Shown piece after piece: positions 52,096-64,000 of a stretch of 64,000 nucleotides of DNA (positions are counted from its first letter, which is position 1; the number at the start of each line of letters is the position of its first letter). Origin of the DNA: Kudoa neothunni. Lineage: Eukaryota > Animalia > Cnidaria. The notes below the pieces were generated by a model, which worked only from the letters and a program-made list of their open reading frames with translations, made no database searches and was not told the DNA's origin. The translations under genes were made by a program, and so were the position numbers. Location of the stretch: assembly GCA_964304625.1 (NCBI GenBank), contig OZ199838.1, positions 15,848,017-15,912,016 of the forward strand, written 5' to 3'.

Positions 52096-53712
52096 ATGAA
52101 ACTGTCAGTGCGTTTCGAAAATTTCCAAAAGGATGATTCACTAAACAATATATTATCTGGTAAAAAACATTAATTTAGTTATTTTTTCTTTATAAAGTTA
52201 AAATCTCAATTTTTCTAGTTCATTTGTGTAACCTATTTACTTAATTGAATATTTTGATTTACTTTCATCAATGTTTTCTGCTTTCATTATTTAGTTAAGT
52301 CGTTTGTTACATAATTATGTAGCAATTTATTTTTTAAACTTTTTAGTTTTATTACAAAAGATAAAATAAAATATCGTTTAAAAATTAAAACACATTTCAT
52401 TAATGAGTAATAAGAAATATGAAGGATTTGGAATCAAATGCAATCATAATAAGTTGGTTGTCTTTTGGGAATTTCTTAAAGTATTTCCGGTTTTTATAAT
52501 AATTAATTTGTCAACTTCCGGGTAATTTAAAATTTTAGTTAATGACTTCAGTAGACTCAATAATTTGTTTGATAATTCATAAAAAATTTTTGTTTAAGAG
52601 AAGTTAATTATATTTATATGTGAGGAATGAAATATTAATGATATATATGAATTAAAATTTATTGTCCAGTTATAATTTCTCAAATTCAATAAAATTGTAT
52701 AAAACAAATGTGTTGAAGATAAATCATTGAAAAAATGTATTTAAAAAATCAGAAAGAAAAGAATTTTAAAGTGATTATGATATAAAAATGATACGTCGCT
52801 CTAGGGTTTCGTTCCTTTGATTATATTGAAAGAAAAAATGAGCTTGCAATAAATCATTCTTTACAATTTAATGGATAAATTTTATTCTTTTATTATTCTA
52901 TAAATTATAGAGGACCAATATCTAATGTAATAAATAGGTAGTAAGAAAATATTCTCATCAATCAATATTCTTCAAAAACTATGAAATATTTAAATTTCTC
53001 TTATCCAGATCTTTTTCTATTTATAAACATCATATAAATTCAAACTTTTTATTCTTGACTTATGAGTGGTTCGCGAGCTATTTTCTCAGAAGCATTAACC
53101 AAATAACACCGGTCCAAAAATATTTTGTTTTATATATTTTTACACAACAAGCTTGAAAGCTAAGGTAATTGACAGTGACTATTGCAACGGATGGGAATAT
53201 CTACTAAATCAGCGCTTGTATCAAGATTTTAATTGCATAAATACATATAACAATAAATGAGTTATTATTAAAGAAATTCTTAAAAGAAAATAAATTAGTT
53301 GATTTTTTACCTCTAAGTTGGCCAACTATGTCGACTGTGTTTAATAGTTGTCTTCAATAAACTCATATTTTAGTTAATGTATAAGGGATTTTCAAATCTT
53401 TGTTATGTTGATTTTATAAAACAAGAATTTTCTATAAACCACATACATTAATTAGGAACGCATGAACTTGTGTTAATGTGGGTTTGCAACAATGATTATA
53501 AATAAACTGCGTTACGATATGATTTCAATTAAATTAATTAATTTTCCATTTAATTGCTGGTTTAAATTTTTATAATGGGCCTTATCGATAAGATCTCCAT
53601 TTATTGCTTAAATATAAATGTCAACTATACGTAACATTACCACTTAATTTGTTTTGAAAAGATATTTCCTGTCCTTGAATATATATATTCGGAGTAATTT
53701 TCCATTTAATAA

Positions 53713-54793
53713 CCTTTCAGAGACCCCATTTTTCTGAAATCTGTGTTTTGGCCTATCAAAACTCTAAATTCTAGCTTATATGTTTATTTAATCTCCTATA
53801 ATTATTCAATTTTTTTTACATTCATTTTTTTTAAAAGAAACCTCATATGTTCTCGTAAAAATGTGTTCAACGGGCCGTCGGTTTATTGATTCGCCTTAGA
53901 AATCATTTTTTAAGCGTAATATCAAATGTTTTCTTATTATACAGAAATAAAGTAATTACAACGTCAAAAATCAATAAACAATGTAAGGTGGACGTTATAG
54001 TTATTATTTCTCTCACGTTGCATAATATGATTCTGATGATGTAAAAGGATAGGATAGTTTTAGTGATTCACGTTAATACTTACAAAAACGTGTTAATTCC
54101 CAATAATTAAAGGAGGTATCATATTTTTGAAATATTTTTATAACATTCATTAATGTTTTTCATTTATTAAAATATCACGCTTCAATTTTTCCTAGAATGT
54201 CCTTACATATTTTCTTTCCATGTACTGTATTATCAAAATGGATTAAATTATGCAATTTCAATTTCAATATTTAATTAGTGTGGCGCAAAAGTAATTGAAT
54301 GTAGAAATGAACAAACTAATTTTGAGAAAGTATAAATTAATACGAAAACCTGAAAGTAAATATTAATTAAAACTTGAATCATAACATACATTTTTATTGC
54401 TTTCAGTGAATTAGATCAAATATAAGCCATCAATCAATGTAGAGACTACCGAGATCAACTGTGTGTCTGTGTGTATAACCCAGGGGATGCATTGCCGTTT
54501 GTGTAATTATTTGCGAAAAGAATTTGAAGTATTTTTGTCTATCTTATAACTTAGCAATAAGATAAATTTTAAGAGCTTATATTGGTAACGCTTAGTAAAA
54601 TGTTCTTGAAATTTCCTATTGATTGATTTATTAATTTTATTATTCGAATAACATTTTTAATAGTCATAAATATACTATTTGCAAATTTAAAAAGTTAAAA
54701 GAAAATAAAATCGCTATCATAGAAAACTTCTGGGGTATCTGAGGTACCTCCATGGTTACTCGCGTAAGTTTATTGAGCGCGGTCCTTCGAGGG
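53713..54793. mobile_element. Degenerate non-autonomous piggyBac-type element
   Basis: Clear right end GGTCCTTCGAGGG|TTAA, related to 15590-15658. The left end (CCTTTCAGAGACC) matches only weakly. Confidence 0.4.
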
Positions 54794-55409
54794 TTAACCC
54801 AAAATTTTATAAAGAGGTTTGCTTCGTTGATCCAATACCTCAAATTAATTAAAAAATAATGGCAATTATTCACAAGATATACTGTCGATCGAATCTACAA
54901 AACTAATTATTTAGTTTTTAAATTAGCTAATAAGCGGTATAAAGTTAAAAAGGCAGTGGTTATTCTTACAGTATGGAATATCATCTAAAATAGCTAAGAT
55001 ATTACAACACTGATTTTAATGATGTGTAAAGCTATTTTTTATTTTCACGAAAGTAAAATTTCATAAAAATATCTTTTTATTAAAATTCGTTGGTGAGATT
55101 AAGCGTTATATCGTAGATTTTTCTTAGATTTTGACTATATATACAAATATTTGTCAACATAACACTTAGTGAGGGCCTTTATTTTATGGAAAAAAATGCT
55201 TTATTCATACTTTACGTGTTCGTTGAATTTGAGTCACGCACGATTTCGTCTGCACCCACGTAGCCGGTACCAGGGCTACCAGCGAAGTTTTCATAATACC
55301 CAAGGTCGAGAAAAACATTAGTATAAAGTACAAGAAAATAGAATCGGATTTATCAAATTTTTAAACATTCTTACAATTCAATTATTACGTCTTCAGACAT
55401 TAAATTTAA

Positions 55410-57825
55410 GGCAGTATCTATTGGTTAGTACAAATTTGGTTTACCGCTGTCAAGCAATCTATTTTAATTTACGATCACATAAAAAAATTACCTAGTATAT
55501 TATATATTAATATATAATAAATGATAGATATTGGTCCGCAGGAACATGCGTCGAATTACTTTACTTAGGATAAGTAAAAAAATATTATTCTTGTAATTTA
55601 ACACAATAAATGATCTAGTTTACTAGTAGATTCAATTTTAAATTTTTAATGACTTATTTTTAAAATTTTATCTTCAGAATATCTATTACCTCTACATATA
55701 AAACAATAAGAAGTTGTTGATATAATAAACTCGTGATAAGTTTATGATGTAATAAATTCACTAATAAAATCAAATTATTTATAGTTATAAACTTTTTTAT
55801 GTGGATCCAAGTCATTGTGATGATTATAATTAACTCAAAACTTTAAAGAACGCTGATTGTCTAATGTTGATTTTTTGGCGTTGATCTCTATATAGAATAA
55901 TTCAATTTTAGTATGTAATGAAAATTTATTATTTTATTAATATCAACTATAATTATGTAATTTATACCTTAATTTAACTCAAACAAATTATGATTATTTT
56001 TATACTCACTTATTTAGAGTTTGTATTTAAAGTGTAATTTTGACAATACTAATTGAAATGTTACGTTCTGAATAAACACGTTAGTATATGATTATCCATC
56101 ATTTAACTTTAATCCATAATTAAAATATTGTTCAACAAATCTTGATATATAACTACTTATTGGCAATTTAATTTAAAAAATGTTGACTTGTGATCTTTAT
56201 ATTATGTATCAAAAAGTTGTTGCCATGACTGATGTTGCATATAATTTGAACTATTAAAATAAGGCTAACATATTTCAGAACGTGATAAAAACATAGTTGC
56301 GAATCTGCGGTTGGAAAAATTTATTCTATGACTTATCGTTCCACTATGTCTTTGTCCTTAAGAAAGACTTTCGTGTTAATTTCCATTATTCAGTTATATT
56401 GTTTTAATAAGTCAAGAGAAAACTTCTTCGGTCACTTATACAAGTGTTCCGGTCGCCCCTATCTCAGTTGGTCCCCTAGGGTTGGTGATTGCAACAAAAT
56501 ACACAGGAGCTTTGAAATCTAGGAGCTTGTAGTAGCATCGATAAAAATAATTTCAGGGTATGTTTCAAGGATTTTTTCATGCTAAAATCTTGAATAAATA
56601 AAACTTTAAAGTTTTTTCTGTTTTCCAAGATTTCTACATGTTAGTATCGCGCGAAGATAGAAACCCAATATAATAAATAACAATGTAATTGACATGGTAG
56701 TGATAGAGACCGTATTAGTTAGAATAACGATAACTAATTAATGATGATGGAAATTAGTACGTTCAGCTGTTTGGATGTGATAATGTAGGTCCATAGTAAT
56801 AGTTTCCTTTGTGATCATAACACTAGAAATTTAACATGTTTCTTTTTTAGAGTCTGTACAAATTCTACATTCTTTGAGTGGGCTTTCACTTAATATGTCA
56901 TGTTGGTTTAATTTTTTAGAGAAATAAACTTCCTTTTTCTCGAACAAATTTTATGGGATAACCTTTGAACTTCAATAAATTAAAAAAGTTGTGAAATAAA
57001 ATCAACTACATCATTAGTTAATCTTTTTTATTTAATTACAATTTTGATGAAAAATTGGAGGGATCATGATTATGGGGAATGCCGAGGGATTTTGACACAA
57101 ACTTTTCTTCGCCCCCACTTATTGATAATTTTAAAAACGTAGGACTTACTCTAAAATTAGAATTTTTATTTTTTGACCGGAAGATCGCTTTCACTAAAAT
57201 AATAGACAATATTACAATAAATATTCATACATAAATTCAGTTTTTTGAGAAATTTACATTTTTTCAACCATGAATACAACAGTATTTTATCTGGTAGTGT
57301 TGAATAGTTAGATTTATTACTCTACCACATCGCTTCTTCGTAGTTTCAATGGTTTTAGAATCTATGAATAAACTTCTCGCGCCATTTTATCCGAATTCCT
57401 CAATTTTCAATTTTAGTTCTACAAAACTGTTAAATGAAACTTCAGTGTAAAATGAATTATTTTCAGAAATAATATTATTGGGGCTTGTTTTATTCCTTCA
57501 GTATTCATTCCACGCAAACACGTTACGAATTAAATTCACATGTTTTCTTCCATTAAAATCAGATGTTTTGAGATAGAAGAATTCCATTTTTTCTATTATT
57601 AGTGTTCACATTGAAATATCTCTCTTTTATACAATTATTTTAAGTTATATCATCAAGTGATGAATACACTATTTTTATTTTATAATAAAATGAAGTAATT
57701 ATTTTATCAATATGAGCTTTAAATAAACTTTGAAATGTTCATTTAAATCCGAAAATACACATTTTGAATAATGGGAAATTCGAAAATACAATAAACCGAA
57801 TTTGTACGGGCCAATAGACACTGCC
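55410..57825 (-). mobile_element. Deleted Mutator-like (MULE) element
   Basis: Perfect 9-bp TSD TAAATTTAA (55401-09, 57826-34). TIRs GGCAGTATCTATTGGTTAGTACAAATTTGGTTTA / TAAACCGAATTTGTACGGGCCAATAGACACTGCC. Minus-strand remnant ETYPEIIFIDAT-YKLLDFKAPVYF (~56580-56430). Confidence 0.85.
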
Positions 57826-58229
57826 TAAATTTAAATTTATCGAAGTATGATTGCAGCGTTTTGCCACGAACACTCACTCATACTTAACGTCTAGTGAAGA
57901 TCATTACACTCACAATTTATTACTTCGTTGTCCAAAATATATTTTGAAATAACGTTTAAATTTCCTAATAATTTTTGACAATGTTTACTGAGTAATTATG
58001 TAATCATACCATGTTAAACAATCTAAAGTGTTGCCGTTTAGTAACGCAAATGTTTAAAATATGCACGACAGTGGTTCCTGCGCCTCTAAGAGTGTGAACT
58101 ATGGGCTTGGGGTTGCGAGATTCGATCACAATAGAAAACGATTTTTGAGAAATTTTGAGTCAGTTACACCTTATCGTATGCAAGCGGATGCGAATTTGGT
58201 TTTGTCATCTAATGGGGGTGTGAGTCCAA

Positions 58230-59509
58230 TTTTAGTTAGGAAGCGCTGAAATACATGGTATTTGCGTAAGCGCGTTATGTACAGAAAACAAAAATTTGTT
58301 GAGATTAAAATAACTAGTAATTTCAAATTGTTTGCACCATTTCCGGATTATTTCAGATATGAATTCCAAAACTTTGTGCCTTGAAAATAATGCCGTTAAG
58401 TTTTCTAACAAAAGTTTTCTGATTAAATTAATTGATTGTTTGAGTCCCGCAGTTGACACAAACGCTTCATCTTTTTAAAAAGTTTGATCGATATTTTCTC
58501 GAATTTTATCAGCTGCCTACGTTTTAGGTAAAACCATTGATTCCTCATGTATTTTTCCCTTTTCTTCAATATTGATCGTTTCATCATATTTTTATTTAGA
58601 GATTAAAGTTGATAAACAATTAAATAATATAACGAAATTTTCAACATTATTTTCAGAAAAATCTTGAGATAAGTTTTCATTATCTATTAATTAATCTTTA
58701 CTTTGGTATATTGTGGTATCAATGTACAATGCTCAAAAAGTCTAGATATTCTAAATGAGTTCTGAATTATAGTCGATGATACGTTTTTCAACGCATGATT
58801 TAAAGTTTTAATAAAACCAAAATGATATACTTAATTAAATTTGAATTAACCACACTTATTATGTTGTACCCTTGGTATCGTAGTGAATTTTTTTTTAAAT
58901 TAATTCCAAATCTATTTTTGTATTCGACTAACCAACGGTTACTACCGGTAAATTTGTCAATACCTATGGATTTAGCGATACTTTTTGTCATTTCAACGCT
59001 TAAGTAAGTAGGAACAAATTTTTTTTCATTTCGCATCATAGTTATTCATGTATACAATAAATTAACTAACTCCGTATAATTGTCTTCTTTTAAATATTCT
59101 CTTTTTAAAAGCCGAAACAATTAAATTAATGATATCATTTTGAGAAGCTAAAATTCTATTAATAGTGGAATGCCTTGCAAATATGTTATGTTGGGATTAG
59201 ATAATTTTATATTATTCGATTATTTCAATGCTTTCAGCCAGTGTTCGTTGATTCCTTACCATTTTTATTTCGCAAAATTCCAAAAAAAGATTAATTGAGG
59301 ATTAAACTGAACAAAATGTTACGCAGTGACGAGATTTTAGTTTTAGCATACTAGATAAAATTTATACATCCTTAATAAAAACTTGTTATTTTCGCTTGTT
59401 CAATTAACATTAATTTAAATAATATAAAAACAATGTTTGAATAAAAAATTTTAAATATCCTTTATATTTCAATGAATTTGTGAAATTACGCAATATGCAG
59501 GTTCGACTG
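58230..59509 (-). mobile_element. pogo/Tigger remnant (left boundary not found)
   Basis: End GCAATATGCAGGTTCGACTG|TA resembles the end at 18011. ORF 58800-59039 (KSIAKSIGIDKFTGSNRWLVEYKNRFGI) matches the CENP-B/Tc5 HTH pattern. Confidence 0.7.
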
Positions 59510-59518
59510 TAGTTTTAA

Positions 59519-62067
59519 CCTTCCGAGTGATTCTGGGGTCTATTAGACCCCATAGCCTGATGGAATGATATTTTGGTGCATTTCCTGATATAGAGAACTT
59601 TAGATATACTGTCTATTCTTCCAAAAATATTACTTTTCTATAATGCTTAATTAAATTAAAAAATTTTTATCTGGATGATTAAAAAAACTGTTTTTATTCA
59701 CTTAATATTTTTGAGGTCTATTAGACCCCATCATTTTATTTCACCAAAAAGTGAAGAAAACCGTTTTTTAATTAATCTTAAAATTTAAAAAAATTCTACC
59801 GATTAATTAAATAGAAATTAAAGGATCAAATATATGGACATTTGCGAGAAGTGCCGAACACTGCCCGATTCTAAGACATTAGTGATTACGGTTATATCTT
59901 TTCGAGTGAAAATGATGGCGATTGCAATTAAAATCGTTGACACTGAAGAATATAGTGATTTAGAATATTATCCTCCAATTCTTATCATAATGTATGTGTC
60001 AATACACCTTCTGTGTATTTAAATAAAAATAACGAGTCATAGTTTACCGAAATACCCACATCTTCAAAAACACGAAATGAGAATATAATGAATAAGGCTC
60101 CGGGCATTACCGCCGATGCAGCGAACAGAATAATAGCGTTAGTTGACTGCCTGCGTATATTTTTAGACGTCATTTTCTGCGATATTATTGTCAGAAATAC
60201 AAATAAATTTGGATTTCAACATTATCTCGAATCATGGAATGAGTTATAATATTTATAATATCGTGCTTACATTGGGATTCTTGTAAACATGGCGATTTAT
60301 AAATCTAAACTAGAATCTATTAAATCCTTATGGAGTGTAAACAAAGGTGGACCGATATTTCGTACAATAGTACCTTTACGTAGATTTGTTAAAATAACAA
60401 GGGCTCTACATTTTGGTGACTTTGAAACGAGACTTCAGCGAAGAGAAGAGAAGGCGATAAGTTTTTCCTGATTCAATAAATTTTTGAGAATTGGAAAGGG
60501 GTACTGTCAAATGCCTGATTCCTCATGCAGACCTAACTGTCGATGAGCAATTAGTAGCTTTTAGGAGTAAATATACATTTACGTAGTACATGCGTTCAAA
60601 GTCGGCGGTTTATGGCATAAAATTTTGCTGTTGATTGATCCTGCAACCAATTGTTGTCATAATATATCCATTTTCGTAGGTAAAGTCAATAATCAAAGGG
60701 AAGAATGCTTAGGAGAGAGTGTTGTATTGGATCTCGTTTCTTATTTAGAATCTAATGGCAGAAATATTGTTTTCGACAATTTTTTTACCTCAATACCCCC
60801 CTCCCCTTTTCCGATAAGTTATTACAGCTTCGACTCACAATGCTCGGTATCATTAGATGTAGTAAACGAGATATTTATTCCTGAGTTAATGAAAGCGAAT
60901 AGACACTGGGATTTATACAGTTCACGTTTTCTTTTGAATGACAAGAAAATGTTGCTATCATATGAACCCAAAAAAATAAGGCGGTTTTAATGTTGGCAAC
61001 GTCAACAAAGAATACCAGTTTATCTAATGATATATACAGAAAGTGAGATGTCATTAACTGTTACAACAAAACAAAAGGTGGGGTTGACACCATCGATAGA
61101 ATACTCACGTCAATTAGCGTTGAGAGATATTCAAATCGATAGCCAACAATGGTTTTCTTCAATATCTTAGATATAAGTATAATTAATGCATTTTTCATAT
61201 ATGAGATCGTATTCAATTGAAATAGCGCAAATAGATAAACGATCTGACAAGTTTACTACTGTTATGTTGGTAGATTAATACAGAAGATTAACAAACCATT
61301 AGCTAGGGGCGCAATTATTATTATTGTTGTTATTGTTGCTTTGTGGTGTCTCTCTCTCTCTCTCTCTCTTGCGTTTACAACAACTACAACAACTATCGAT
61401 CAAGTTCGTGACCGCCATTAATACTAAGCAGATTCTTGCGGCCGTGATGGATATCACGATCTCACTTATTACATCAATGACAATAAAATTACAAGATCCA
61501 AGTTCCTCGAGAATTTAGCAGATGAGCTTGTCAAACCAATTTTGAACATTAAACGACCTAATATTCCAGCAGAAACTTTTAATAGAACCAACGAAAACTT
61601 ATCAAAATTCAGACAAAGATGCTAATTATGTTCGGGAGGTGGTGACAGAAAATCATGAAAAATCTGTTCGGTACGCTTACAGTGTTGTTGTGAGCAACAT
61701 TTACATGTTTTAATAGTTCATTAGAGATCAATAAATAACTCAATTTATTTAGTAGAGTACACATTTATGTGATTTAAACATTCCATAATTTTTTATTTGC
61801 GCTAAAATAGGAATTATTATGGATTTTAACAATCCATAAGACCCAGAGTTTAATGATTGGTAATATTATTTTTGTTCTCGGCGAAACTCGTGTTGCTTCG
61901 CAAGAAAAGTTTATTATGCTAACTTTTAAACTCTTCGATAGATTTTTTAATAAATATTGAAAATAAGTTTATCACAATTTTTACAGCAAATAGAACCAAT
62001 AAAAACGTGGGGTCAAATAATCCCCAGAAGCGGCAAGTGTATAGTGTTTTTCGAGGCGCTCGGAAGG
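59519..62067 (+). mobile_element. piggyBac transposon (PGBD4-like), heavily decayed
   Basis: TTAA TSDs; TIRs CCTTCCGAG / CTCGGAAGG. Palindromes GGTCTATTAGACC occur twice. Motifs LTVDEQLVAFR, GRNIVFDNFFTS and YNKTKGGVD; many stops. Confidence 0.92.
61245..61493. mobile_element. Candidate solo LTR inside the piggyBac transposase
   Basis: TG...CA ends with TSD-like CGATC / AGATC. Contains (CT)n and an AATAAA near the end. The transposase resumes directly after it as RSKFLENLADEL. Confidence 0.5.
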
Positions 62068-62814
62068 TTAATTAAGTAATCAAATATTTAAAAATAAAAT
62101 AGAAAGCTATATGAACATTATTTGTGTAAGTATAATCAATTTGAATTAGATAAATTAGAATTATTAATTAAATGTCATTATTGTAGCGATAAATACTATG
62201 ATAAAAAATTTCTTCATCATTTCAGATATAAATATACTTTTATAATATTTTATTTAATAATATATAAAGTTAAATATTTAAATTATTAATAGTTGAAGTG
62301 TCAAAGTATGACTATTGGTTTCACAGTTATAAATATGAGATAAGATTAAATTTTGCCAATTCATAATCTTAGTGCATTTAAAATTAATTATATGTATTAC
62401 ATTTTTAATTAATTATTTATTAATTTTATCCGATTGACATAAAACATATTAACATTTGAATGAACGTATAGTTCACGATAACTACGGATGTCGTCGAGAT
62501 ATTACTATCGGGATTATTTTTAGGAATTAATTTTTAATTTCTAAACAATAAAAAGATAATTGTTTGTTATAATATTATAATATTGTATTAAATAAACAAT
62601 TAATTATAAAAAAAGTTTTCATTACAAAATTATTTAAAATATGAATTATTTTTCGAATAAAAAAATTTAAAAGAAAATCAATTATTTAAAAATACAATCA
62701 ATTAAATACTTGTATACATATTATATATTAAGTAAAATCAATTTTAAAATAATGATAATATTAATCAGACTATTATTTTTTAAGACAAATAAGCCGATCT
62801 AACTGACATTGAAA

Positions 62815-64000
62815 ATGAGGCCATGGCGATTATTGTTGATGAACTTTTTCTTTATATGCTGTTTGAATCAACTTGATTATGAAGTAAAAGATTAACATTT
62901 ATCTATCACTAATCTATATACTATAGTATGGGGTGTTAATGTATGAGGGGGATCACAGAGTTAGGGCTTTTGGCTATAAATTCGATATATCAAAGGCAGA
63001 TTCCAAGATAATTGAAGAATTTGACGAAAATTGTCCTCCAAGTGACTTAACCACAAATAATTTGATTCACTTTACGATAAAATCATTATAGATCTATTGT
63101 ATCTTTATAAACTAGAAAGGTGGAAAGATTCTATCAACCAATGTGTTAATTATGTGAACACTGAGAAACTTCCTAACAAGGAGATTCGTTTCGAATATGT
63201 GGGTAGAGAATTTTTAAGAGAATTAAGGTAGTAAACAATAAAACTATTTAACTTGATTATTTTAAAGGGAAAAAGATAAAAGTTCTTTTAAGGCGACTGT
63301 GAATACGTTTAAAAATCTATTTCAATCTAAAAATAAAATCAGTGAAGCCAACTTTGTAACTGTGGTCAGCCCAGGAGTGGTAGTAGCATCTAGAATAATT
63401 TATATTCGTTCAAATGAGGTGGGCTTTTTAATTGTTGCCTTAACTGCATAAATTACATCGATGTAGTTGTTGGCGGCCGAATATGACGGGTTTTTATCTT
63501 TTGAAAATCAACACACTTTGTTGGGTTATGGAATTAGAAATTTTTCCGAACAATCCGCTGGAATACATCAAATGTCAATAGTGTCCGATAATGGAGTAGA
63601 CTATATAGTTGCTGGTCTGGTTGGTACAATGTCAGAAAATTATTTCCTAAGAGGGCATGAACCACACGTAAAATTTCTCAATAACAACAATAAATAGATT
63701 TTTATATTTTTTAGTATCCGTACCACTTCCGACTGGATCATTTAAATGAAGGCGATTGCCTTTGCATTAAAATGGGTGTTATATTTGATGTGTGGATACA
63801 TTCTAAAGAAGGTTCTGAATGCAAGTTTGACTCATCTGATCAAATAAATCTGTATGTGTTTGGAAAAGGTGATACCTTTAAGGAGGCCGATTGCAAAACA
63901 AAAATTTTCAATGCCTACAAAAATGATAAGATGTTAAAAGCAAAGGTGTGTGGCAGTAACAATCTTATTACCTACCCACGTGCGATGAACGATAAAAAGC
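62815..64000 (+). CDS. Paralog 5 of divergent GDA1/CD39-like membrane protein family (runs off the window)
   Basis: MRPWRLLLMNFFFICCLNQLDYE|GT, then YGVLMYEGDHRVRAFGYKF, QCVNYV..FEYVGREFLR, AEYDGFLSFENQHTLLGY and DCKTKIFNAYKND..VCG. Intron positions match the other paralogs. Confidence 0.85.

Overview
This is very AT-rich eukaryotic DNA with tiny (~45-55 bp) GT-AG introns, so the ORF track fragments every real gene. Composition, intron size and piggyBac load suggest a compact parasite genome such as a myxozoan (inference only). Host genes are: (1) five same-strand paralogs of a multi-exon signal-peptide + ectodomain + C-terminal TM protein (917-2739, 8286-13612, 45028-46812, 50344-52095, 62815->64000), whose spliced sequences align by eye with GDA1/CD39 ecto-NTPDases but lack the key phosphate-binding motifs, i.e. 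a candidate expanded pseudo-apyrase surface family; (2) an intact 4-exon aldo-keto reductase; (3) a mucin-like membrane protein with a 60-bp tandem repeat and a 1-nt frameshift. The rest is dense, often nested mobile DNA: about 8 piggyBac-type elements, 3 pogo/Tigger elements, 2 Mutator/SWIM elements with 9-bp TSDs, a Helitron, two copies of a tRNA-headed SINE, and two candidate solo LTRs. All calls are by eye; no searches were run.
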